IMG/VR virus record: IMGVR_UViG_3300027751_000012
Source of the DNA: an uncultured virus (IMG/VR IMGVR_UViG_3300027751_000012)
Lineage: Duplodnaviria; Heunggongvirae; Uroviricota; Caudoviricetes
Strand: one strand, 5' to 3'
Length of the DNA: 64,000 nt
Made by a program: the position numbers and the translations under genes
Shown: in pieces, positions 1 to 7,252 of the stretch
Numbering within the stretch: position 1 is the stretch's first letter
Layout: each line of letters opens with the position of its first letter
Notes under the pieces: generated by a model
What the model saw: only the letters and a program-made list of their open reading frames with translations
Database searches by the model: none
What the model was told of the DNA's origin: nothing

Positions 1-1
1 T

Positions 2-673
2 ATCCCAGGAAAACATTATAAGCTTTATATTTTTTTCCTCGCAGAGAAGTTCTAGGGCGAGGTGCATTGGTGCGACAACACGATCTAATACACTAAGTTC
101 TATGCCAGCATCGAGGGTCCTTAGAAGGTCTGGAAAGTTAATAAATAAAACGTCTGGAGCACCGTATAGCTCAATATATTTAAATATCTGGTGATAAATG
201 TTTAAGTGGTTTGCACCTGGAATAGCTATATTGTAGTAGCCAGATACGCTTTGTTCTGAGGCTATTCTATCATAAACCTTTTTGGGCCAAGTGTGCTCTT
301 CTATCATTCCATCACCAAAAGTTACGGAGCAGCCAGCAAACAACATATGCATTCCATTGTGACTACTAGAGAATTCGTCTGACCTGAGACCAGAAGAATT
401 AATAGAGAACTCTGAGTCATAAGATCTCCCCACTGACTCTAAATTTTTATTAGTAAAGTATACATTAAACGGAGAAACTGTTGCTGGTTGAAGTAGCATT
501 AGATCATTCACCCCTGACTTATGCTGATGGGCCAATGAGAACTTTTTAGCAATATACGCAGTCAACTCTTCTTTATAAGGGTACCACTCTTCATATGAAA
601 AACCAAATTGACTATAGAACTCAGTAACTTCTAGTGGTGGATCAAGGAGTATTTCGTCTGCATCAATTCCCAT
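2..673 (-). CDS. SGNH/GDSL-hydrolase-like protein, runs off the left edge (not in ORF track)
   Basis: Manual translation from ATG at 673 gives an open frame to the window edge: MGIDADEILLDPP...INSSGLRSDEF...MLFAGCSVTFGDG...TWP...YNIAIPGAN. The G-C-S-x-T-F-G and N-x-A-x-P-G blocks resemble SGNH blocks I and II. Confidence 0.65.
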   Translation of the reverse strand, partial: MGIDADEILLDPPLEVTEFYSQFGFSYEEWYPYKEELTAYIAKKFSLAHQHKSGVNDLMLLQPATVSPFNVYFTNKNLESVGRSYDSEFSINSSGLRSDEFSSSHNGMHMLFAGCSVTFGDGMIEEHTWPKKVYDRIASEQSVSGYYNIAIPGANHLNIYHQIFKYIELYGAPDVLFINFPDLLRTLDAGIELSVLDRVVAPMHLALELLCEEKNIKLIMFSWD

Positions 674-1301
674 AACCAGGTTCGCCGCTCTCTGCCTGCT
701 CAATAGCGTGTGGATGTCTGTGTGCCTCCCAGTCATTTGCATTTGTCAAAACTCTGCCGCCAATGAAGTCTGGGTCTGCATGGCCTGGCTTACTCGTATG
801 CATATATAGGCATGTCCTTCTAGTGCCAGAGGTTACCTTCGATACTCCATGGATGTACTCGGATCCAGCACTTGGGAAAAAAACTGCAGAGTACTTATTG
901 GGAGAAATTTCCACACCTTGATTGGGGAAATATATTGTTCCCCCCTCGTACTCATCATTTAGATATATGATCGTACTCCATTCAATAAAGGGTTCTGGAT
1001 CCTGTGCGTCTTCATGCAGGCCTCCCATGCTCCCTGGATTCCATACGGAGCCAAATGACTTGAATACATATATAGGGTTAAGAAAACCGTTTACCTCTTT
1101 GTGAACCTCATTAGACATTTCTCCATACTTTATCTGAAGGTCTAAAATTCTTTTATTGTATGGAAAGGCTGTGCCGCCAAACCTATCGGCGTAGTATGGT
1201 GGGTAGGGGTTCACCTCTGATGGCCTGTCCTGCTCTTGCATCATTATTGCGGCATCTTCTGGAGTAATAAAGTTTTCTATTACGTGTATTCTATGGCTCA
1301 A
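663..1301 (-). CDS. 2OG-Fe(II) oxygenase, prolyl-4-hydroxylase-like
   Basis: H-E-D, STIIYLNDEYEGG, distal HGV and GTRRT motifs; TTG start with AGGAGG RBS. Confidence 0.85.
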   Translation of the reverse strand: MSHRIHVIENFITPEDAAIMMQEQDRPSEVNPYPPYYADRFGGTAFPYNKRILDLQIKYGEMSNEVHKEVNGFLNPIYVFKSFGSVWNPGSMGGLHEDAQDPEPFIEWSTIIYLNDEYEGGTIYFPNQGVEISPNKYSAVFFPSAGSEYIHGVSKVTSGTRRTCLYMHTSKPGHADPDFIGGRVLTNANDWEAHRHPHAIEQAESGEPGYGN

Positions 1302-1322
1302 TGCTCTGCCTCCTGTAATAAT

Positions 1323-1331
1323 ATTATACCA
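1323..1331 (-). promoter_or_regulatory. extended -10 box TGGTATAAT
   Basis: Intergenic copy of a motif that recurs upstream of many genes. Confidence 0.6.
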
Positions 1332-2162
1332 TTAATAGATAGCTTTTACTAGACCTATAAACCTATCTTGTTCCACATCGTTAAATTTAAGGTCATAGGG
1401 GTTGTATAAAACATCATCTATTTGGTATGGTAGCTTTTTGGGCAATCTATCAGATAAGCCGTGAAACTCTACCCAGCCAGAATACTCTTCTGACAGCATC
1501 ATGTCTATGCAACTATTATAGTTGTGCTCTGTCGAGAATGGCACGTAAAGATTTTCCATTGTCCTGTCACCAAAATCTTTCTTCAGAATGTTGGATGGTG
1601 CACAGACGACATCAACATTTTTTATAAATGCATCCATTGATAACTTCTCTGCCTCGCCAAAATACTTTACATCATCTGGATACTTCAGGTTTCGAAGGGT
1701 TTCAGTCCTGGCGAATATAAAGTTGGTGTTTATATAGTTAGTGGTCGCAAATCCATCCGAGGCTATGACCTCCTGACGAAGGAAATACTTATCGTGAACC
1801 ATGAGCTTGCCACTACTAAAGCCAGACACTATCTTATTATTTTCTGATATATACCTAATTAAAGTTTTATCCCAGCCATCAGCAAGCTGTATGTCATCAG
1901 AAATAAGCATGGAATATGGTGCTACAATGTTTTCATCATTTAGTCCACCTGCCTTGTAAGATGTTGGGCTTAAGATTTCATCCCAAAAAATATGCCTGTA
2001 CTGAATATTGTGAAGCTTAGAAAGCTTTTCTTTTCTATCCATAGGATGCTGGTCATAGACGGTAATGTGGATCTCGCTAGATGCAGATTCAAGTAGGCTT
2101 TCCAGCACGTCAGCTAGATTTTTCCCCTTGTATGAGTAAATTACTATGCTAATATCTGTCAT
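1332..2162 (-). CDS. GT-A fold glycosyltransferase, divergent GT60 (hydroxyproline GlcNAc-transferase)-like or GT2-like
   Basis: N-terminal ISIVIYSYK, then YSMLISDDIQLADGWDKTLI, NFIFAR and YPDDVKYFGEAEKLS...DVVCAP follow the motif order of the GT60/GlcNAc family. Confidence 0.6.
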   Translation of the reverse strand: MTDISIVIYSYKGKNLADVLESLLESASSEIHITVYDQHPMDRKEKLSKLHNIQYRHIFWDEILSPTSYKAGGLNDENIVAPYSMLISDDIQLADGWDKTLIRYISENNKIVSGFSSGKLMVHDKYFLRQEVIASDGFATTNYINTNFIFARTETLRNLKYPDDVKYFGEAEKLSMDAFIKNVDVVCAPSNILKKDFGDRTMENLYVPFSTEHNYNSCIDMMLSEEYSGWVEFHGLSDRLPKKLPYQIDDVLYNPYDLKFNDVEQDRFIGLVKAIY

Positions 2163-2914
2163 GACTTGCCCAAGCCCCTAAATATTTTCTTTCTCCAAGC
2201 AAACCACTTATAGTATCCGTGAGCCCTTGTTCTTCTTTTTTCGGCTGCAAAGGTATGCTTCTCAATTTCTTCGTGAGAATCTAAAATCTGCATTTGCCAG
2301 TTGTCTCTTTTAAATGGAATAATCTGAAATAGTGGGGTGCCCTTTGGTATGATTCCACGGAACCCCCTCTTTAGAAAGAAAGCTACGAATACTGGCAAGC
2401 CCCAAATGTCGGATTCAACTATGCCAGACTGAACAGTAAATGGTAGGTCGTACCTATTCATTGGGTGCGTTATTAATACAGAATGCCCTGGGGGCGTTTC
2501 GTAGTACCATGCCATCTTAAATCCATAGTGTATTGGGTGATGACCCTCTGGCACTGGCAGCTCGATGGTTGGCCTGTGATCTACAAGCATCATATCGCTA
2601 TCCCACCACAAGATTGGCTTGCCGTCATCGTCAATATCGACATGAAGATCACCGCTTAGAACGTACTGATAGCCAGCAGTCATGGCGTCCAAAAATGGCG
2701 GACACTGCTTTGTTGCAACAGTAGCACCGTCTGATCCAATAAAGTTTACAGGGTATAAGGTTTTTTCACTATTAGACCTATTATGTTTTGCAAGGCTTTT
2801 GTACCATTCTGGAACATGCCAAGTAGATGGCTCTGGTGGCAGAAGGCCGATTTGCCTATGGTCTGGAGTGCTTGGAACAAAGGTGATTTTTAAAAAATCT
2901 TCTTCATCACTCAT
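2159..2914 (-). CDS. DUF6065-like (dUTPase-fold-like) phage protein
   Basis: KQCPPFLDAMTAGY, TPPGHSVLITHPMNR, GIVESD and KGTPLFQIIPFKRDNW motifs; paralog of 2911..3636. Confidence 0.6.
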   Translation of the reverse strand: MSDEEDFLKITFVPSTPDHRQIGLLPPEPSTWHVPEWYKSLAKHNRSNSEKTLYPVNFIGSDGATVATKQCPPFLDAMTAGYQYVLSGDLHVDIDDDGKPILWWDSDMMLVDHRPTIELPVPEGHHPIHYGFKMAWYYETPPGHSVLITHPMNRYDLPFTVQSGIVESDIWGLPVFVAFFLKRGFRGIIPKGTPLFQIIPFKRDNWQMQILDSHEEIEKHTFAAEKRRTRAHGYYKWFAWRKKIFRGLGKS

Positions 2915-3636
2915 TTGTATTCTTTCTTTGACCTAAACTTATTTTTGTATCCATTAATAAAAGTACTTCTAAGATTAAACCTTTGCTTATCAAAGAACGA
3001 CCTTGCCTCGTCTGGATCAATTGCTTCTGATGTCCAGGCCTCTCTCTTAAACGGTATTAGCTGTGCAATCGGAGTTCCTTGCTTAATTGTTCCCTTAAAT
3101 CCCTTCTTTACCAAAAAGGAAAGATGACCGTCTGTGACAAACTTATCAGTATCTACGATTGCCGTAAAGGCCCATAGTGGTGAGGCATCTGAATGGTATG
3201 GATTAGTATACAGGGTACTGTACCCCTCATCAGTTCCTACTGCCCATGTTGGCAGAATTCTAAAAATTTGTTTATGATACTGATCTGGATCTACTGGATA
3301 ATTCTCATATTGTTCTGGAGAGTGAAAGGCAAACATGTCCGCCTTTAAAGATTGCAACTGGGCAGGGATGGACCACTCAAGCTTTTCTGGATTTGTTGCG
3401 TCTAAGTGTATATCGCAAGGTGCAACAATGATGTAGCCAGCAGTAATAGCATCGAAGATAGGCATACATCTCTTTACTGTGGAAGCTGCTACTCCTATTG
3501 CTGGGATCATTTCGCTATCGCCCTTGTTGCCTGGCTGAGCCTTGTACCAGTCTGGTATAAACTTAATGCCAGGCTGTGGCAAAGGTGCGAATTCCTGAGA
3601 GACTTCGCTAAATGGGTAAAACCTAATTGTGGGCAT
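2911..3636 (-). CDS. DUF6065-like (dUTPase-fold-like) phage protein
   Basis: KRCMPIFDAITAGY, IVDTD and KQGTPIAQLIPFKREAW motifs; paralog of 2159..2914. Confidence 0.6.
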   Translation of the reverse strand: MPTIRFYPFSEVSQEFAPLPQPGIKFIPDWYKAQPGNKGDSEMIPAIGVAASTVKRCMPIFDAITAGYIIVAPCDIHLDATNPEKLEWSIPAQLQSLKADMFAFHSPEQYENYPVDPDQYHKQIFRILPTWAVGTDEGYSTLYTNPYHSDASPLWAFTAIVDTDKFVTDGHLSFLVKKGFKGTIKQGTPIAQLIPFKREAWTSEAIDPDEARSFFDKQRFNLRSTFINGYKNKFRSKKEYK

Positions 3637-4321
3637 ACTGCTCCTTTATTCTCTTTAACATTATATCACTAACTGAAGCTACCATGTCAAAGATTGGTGC
3701 CCCCCTTCTTGGTATTCCAAAAATGTCATCCTCCATGTGACTACCGTATTTCTTAAATTTAAAAGAAACAAAGTGCGGTGACAAGAACATGGGTCTGGAT
3801 ATAGACTCCGAATTGATAACTGGTTTATGCCAGAAGTCATTAGTGGCCTCTACTAAAACTGGAGACTCCACATCGCTGCATTGTTCATATCTAACCTCTA
3901 GGTTGTCTTCTATAAACCATGGTACAAAGAACTTAAACGTTCCATCGAAACATTGGTTGTCTGGATCATTGAGGTGCTTGTCTGTAAGATAGTATTGCCT
4001 CATCCAGGTCCTATCTACATTATAAAAACTATCATTCTCACCCAAAAGGTAGATGTCTGCATAAAGATAAAACCTAAACCTTACTGTATTCCCTATAATG
4101 CTGACAATCGAAGGCTCAGTACCTATGTTCTCTACATAGTTACTTAGTGGTTTAAGGACACTACTTGAATATCTACCCTGCAACACTGGCCTATAGTCTA
4201 GCCAACTTGGGCGTACAAGAGACCTTAGGCTTATCTCTACAAAGTCTGGATCTTTTGTTGTATACCAGATGTTCTTATCTGCAAGTGCACCCTGCGAATC
4301 ACTAACCATTTCTTTTTCCAT
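3623..4321 (-). CDS. hypothetical protein, possibly a remote relative of the two downstream paralogs
   Basis: 232-aa ORF; C-terminal IPRRGAPIFDMV echoes IPKGTPLFQII; start codon uncertain. Confidence 0.55.
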   Translation of the reverse strand: MEKEMVSDSQGALADKNIWYTTKDPDFVEISLRSLVRPSWLDYRPVLQGRYSSSVLKPLSNYVENIGTEPSIVSIIGNTVRFRFYLYADIYLLGENDSFYNVDRTWMRQYYLTDKHLNDPDNQCFDGTFKFFVPWFIEDNLEVRYEQCSDVESPVLVEATNDFWHKPVINSESISRPMFLSPHFVSFKFKKYGSHMEDDIFGIPRRGAPIFDMVASVSDIMLKRIKEQYAHN

Positions 4322-4324
4322 AAG

Positions 4325-4396
4325 AGCCCCAAGTCAGGATTGAACTGACGACCTACGCATTACAAGTGCGTTGCTCTACCACTGAGCTATCGGGGC
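4325..4396 (-). tRNA. tRNA-Thr (UGU)
   Basis: GCCCCGA-TAGCTCAGTGGTAGAGCA-ACGCA CT TGT AA TGCGT-AGGTC-GTCAG TTCAATC CTGAC-TTGGGGC-T; CCA not encoded. Confidence 0.95.
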
Positions 4397-4411
4397 AGGT
4401 ATTTCTACCAG

Positions 4412-4485
4412 CGATCTGTATGGGACTTGAACCCACGACCCCCACCGTGACAGGGTGGTGCTCTAACCAACTGAGCTAACAGACC
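4412..4485 (-). tRNA. tRNA-Asp (GUC)
   Basis: GGTCTGT-TAGCTCAGTTGGTTAGAGCA-CCACC CT GTC AC GGTGG-GGGTC-GTGGG TTCAAGT CCCAT-ACAGATC-G; CCA not encoded. Confidence 0.95.
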
Positions 4486-4489
4486 TGAG

Positions 4490-4561
4490 CTCTCCCTCGT
4501 GGACTCGAACCACGAACCTTAGAGTTAACAGCTCTCTGCTCTGCCATTGAGCTAAGGGAGA
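4490..4561 (-). tRNA. tRNA-Asn (GUU)
   Basis: TCTCCCT-TAGCTCAATGGCAGAGCA-GAGAG CT GTT AA CTCTA-AGGTT-CGTGG TTCGAGT CCACG-AGGGAGA-G; CCA not encoded. Confidence 0.95.
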
Positions 4562-4572
4562 TCATACATCAT

Positions 4573-5796
4573 TTAATAAATTTCGTTTAAATATGTATAC
4601 ATTGTATCATAGAAAGCTTCTCTGCCTCCGTAGTGCCTAGAAAAAGATTCTTGCCATGTAATACCAGAGGCTATGTCTGAAAGAAAAGTCATAAACTCCT
4701 GATAGCCATGCACCCCGATCAAATATTCGACTGCCAGGCCTCCAGTTATATAAGCATTATATTTCTCAATTTTTGATCGCGTCGTGTTTGTCGACAATGA
4801 CTCAAGTTCGATGAAGATTTGCACAAATTCTTCTTTTGAAATATTTTTAATGACGTTGTTCCAGCCAAACCCATAGTTGACAGTCAGCCAGTCTGTGGCC
4901 CTTGTTGTGGCCCTGTCAGCAATCGTTTTACCTACTCCGAGTGTTGTGCCAAAGTAGGTAGCGGAACCTTCAGTTATCCACATCGGAAGCTGCCAAGTCT
5001 TAGCAACTTGCATGTGTACTATGTGAAAGTACTCGTGGATTATTGTTTCCCTTTGTGCCGCCAACTGACTCCTTGAGGGATTAGAGGATACACATAAGTA
5101 GAACGCCCGTGGTGTTGCATCACCTGGTCCGCAATCTGGTCCAGACCAGTACTTACTTTTAAGAATATAATTTGCCCAGCCCCCTTCAGGTCCATAACCT
5201 CCATAGGTCTTTACCATTTCGTCAGCCCAAGAAAGGTCCTCTAAGCTATTAGTAAAGAAGACACCAATTTGATTTGGATTATTACCCACATACTCATCCC
5301 AGGCGTCTACTGACAAGGCGAAAACTGAGTAAAGCTCATTCCTGTAGCTATCGCCAATGGACTCGGATGTGACGACCTGACTCTCTTCGGGATATGCGGA
5401 GTTATTAAGGCTGCCGACAACTTCCTGGTATGCCCTTAACGCTATGGACCTATCTGGCTCAGAAGGCTGTTCCTTTAATTCTGATGCTTCAGGTGTGATC
5501 GCAGACGTGCCCTGAGATACTGAATCTTTGGCTATGGGAGTGGATGTCTCTTCTGCAACTGCACTTTCCGAGCTTGATCGCTCCTCAGACTCTCTAACAT
5601 TTTGCAGAAGTTCCTTTTCTAAGGCGTCATTTTCTGCAACCCGTTGCAAAAGTTCTAAATACTCTTGCTCCGACATTTCATCTTCAATAGCTATTTCTTG
5701 ACTCGCAGTAGAAGTTGCTTCTGGGATAGAGACACAGCCAGCAAGAATGCTTGCCATTAAAGAATATACTACAATATTTTTAATACGTGCATGCAT
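4573..5796 (-). CDS. lipoprotein zinc metallopeptidase (gluzincin/MA-like)
   Basis: Likely start MHARIKNIVVYSLMASILAGC (lipobox LAGC); HEYFH zinc motif followed by WITEG; the track's start at 5886 overlaps another small gene. Confidence 0.7.
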   Translation of the reverse strand: MHARIKNIVVYSLMASILAGCVSIPEATSTASQEIAIEDEMSEQEYLELLQRVAENDALEKELLQNVRESEERSSSESAVAEETSTPIAKDSVSQGTSAITPEASELKEQPSEPDRSIALRAYQEVVGSLNNSAYPEESQVVTSESIGDSYRNELYSVFALSVDAWDEYVGNNPNQIGVFFTNSLEDLSWADEMVKTYGGYGPEGGWANYILKSKYWSGPDCGPGDATPRAFYLCVSSNPSRSQLAAQRETIIHEYFHIVHMQVAKTWQLPMWITEGSATYFGTTLGVGKTIADRATTRATDWLTVNYGFGWNNVIKNISKEEFVQIFIELESLSTNTTRSKIEKYNAYITGGLAVEYLIGVHGYQEFMTFLSDIASGITWQESFSRHYGGREAFYDTMYTYLNEIY

Positions 5797-5939
5797 GGGT
5801 CCCCACCATCTTCCCACTCTTGTGACTCTTCTTCTGTCATATACGGATCGCCGTCGTGAGTGTGGCAGAAAGGTTCTGATACCCATCCCTTTTCAATGCC
5901 GTAGTCAACCCACTGACCAATATTCATTTCTTCTCTCAT
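5769..5939 (-). CDS. small acidic hypothetical protein, 56 aa (not in ORF track)
   Basis: MREEMNIGQWVDYGIEKGWVSEPFCHTHDGDPYMTEEESQEWEDGGDPCMHVLKIL; ATG lies 6 nt after TATAAT. Confidence 0.7.
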   Translation of the reverse strand: MREEMNIGQWVDYGIEKGWVSEPFCHTHDGDPYMTEEESQEWEDGGDPCMHVLKIL

Positions 5940-5945
5940 GTTAAA

Positions 5946-5954
5946 ATTATACCC
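5946..5954 (-). promoter_or_regulatory. -10 box GGGTATAAT, leaderless spacing
   Basis: 6 nt upstream of ATG at 5939. Confidence 0.6.
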
Positions 5955-5970
5955 AATCTTGAAGTATTTG

Positions 5971-6696
5971 TCAATAGATTTTAGGAAGTGGGAAGTAGTG
6001 CTGCTCCCAGAATGGCTCGTCTTTCATGTCTGCATCTAAGAATGCTTCTTGGGTCATAATCTTTAGAGGAATAACGTCATAGGCGATGGTAATCCTTTCG
6101 CCTTCCCATTCCCATGGACCCATAGCATGCTGGTAGCCAACCATAGACATTACGGCACGATTATTTTTGTTGTCATTAACCTTCATCTCACCATTTACAT
6201 CATAGTGAGTTGTAGAGGGCTCAGCATTTACTGAATAGTAGCCATGGAAGGCTGGCACCTTGATGTTCTTGTCTAGGTGATCATGCCACTCTAGCTTTGC
6301 ACCCTTTTCACGGCTATTAATGTTAAACCATGCCTGTGCCATCCACTGCTCAGAGTTATAGTCAATTTCGTAGTACTCGCAAGCCTCACGTGTCATATCT
6401 ACAACTGCAGAGAAAAGCTCATGCATAAATGGGTAGTACATCTGAAACGCATTATACTCCCTAGACTTATGAGTAGACAATGACTTAGAATAAGTAAAGA
6501 TATCCTTATCATCGTCGTGCGGAAGTATTCCGTGCATCTCTAGTTTTTCAATTCTAGAATACTCTAGCTTTAGCCTATCCGAAACGTAATCAAGGTCATT
6601 GTCCAAGAATCTTTCAAAGAACTTCTGTGGCTTTGAGTCCCTGTCAAAGTCCCAGCTCTCTGGGAAATTGGCACCATCTTCATCATTGTCTTTCAA
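5971..6696 (-). CDS. putative 2OG-Fe(II) oxygenase/cupin, HxH...H type; paralog of 58780..59445
   Basis: AWFNIN, WHDH, FHGYYSVNAEPS, HAM and RITIAYD motifs. Confidence 0.7.
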   Translation of the reverse strand: MKDNDEDGANFPESWDFDRDSKPQKFFERFLDNDLDYVSDRLKLEYSRIEKLEMHGILPHDDDKDIFTYSKSLSTHKSREYNAFQMYYPFMHELFSAVVDMTREACEYYEIDYNSEQWMAQAWFNINSREKGAKLEWHDHLDKNIKVPAFHGYYSVNAEPSTTHYDVNGEMKVNDNKNNRAVMSMVGYQHAMGPWEWEGERITIAYDVIPLKIMTQEAFLDADMKDEPFWEQHYFPLPKIY

Positions 6697-6773
6697 GTTA
6701 CGCTCTCTTTCTAAAGTACAAAAAAATATCCTAATGAATATTATACACCATAAACAGATGCGTGTCTATAGGA

Positions 6774-7040
6774 TTACTCCTGGTTCTTATCTACTTTTGA
6801 AAATGCCTCGTCAACTTCATCCATAGTAAGCTTGCCGTCATCAATAAACGACCTGGCAAGTTTTTCAATTACGCTTGCTACTCCTAGAATACCAGCCATT
6901 AGAACGGCCTGTATTACGTCAACGCCTACAATGGCTCCTGCACCCAAAACGCTAAGGCCAGACGCAACAAAAACGGCGGTAATCCTTTTTGCTATATTTT
7001 TTGCCATAGCAGACTTGTCGGTTCCCATTCCTTCGTTCAT
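6774..7040 (-). CDS. small membrane protein (holin-like)
   Basis: Two hydrophobic segments and a charged C-terminus (DDGKLTMDEVDEAF); AGGAGG RBS. Confidence 0.55.
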   Translation of the reverse strand: MNEGMGTDKSAMAKNIAKRITAVFVASGLSVLGAGAIVGVDVIQAVLMAGILGVASVIEKLARSFIDDGKLTMDEVDEAFSKVDKNQE

Positions 7041-7051
7041 ACTTTCCTCCT

Positions 7052-7252
7052 TTATTCTTTAGGGTTTCTAAGCCTAAAAGTTATAATCCACAGTGCTAGA
7101 GTTCCAAGGATTACGTAACCAGTCATTTCTCTGGCAGATCCTTCAAGAACAATCCAAGCTACAAACATACCTACCAGGGTCCAAGACTCTGCTACTACGT
7201 CAGCAAATACATTTTTGATGCCTGTGAAAATCTTTTTAATAAACTTTTTCAC
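7052..7252 (-). CDS. small membrane protein
   Basis: Basic amphipathic N-terminus plus two predicted TM helices. Confidence 0.65.
   Translation of the reverse strand: MKKFIKKIFTGIKNVFADVVAESWTLVGMFVAWIVLEGSAREMTGYVILGTLALWIITFRLRNPKE

Noticed and set aside
4325..4561. Prophage attachment site at the tRNAs
   Set aside because: No integrase, no duplicated tRNA 3' end and no transition to host genes; phage-type genes lie on both sides.
5797..5886. N-terminal 30 aa of the track ORF 4573..5886
   Set aside because: Overlaps a better-supported 56-aa gene in another frame and would bury the lipoprotein signal.
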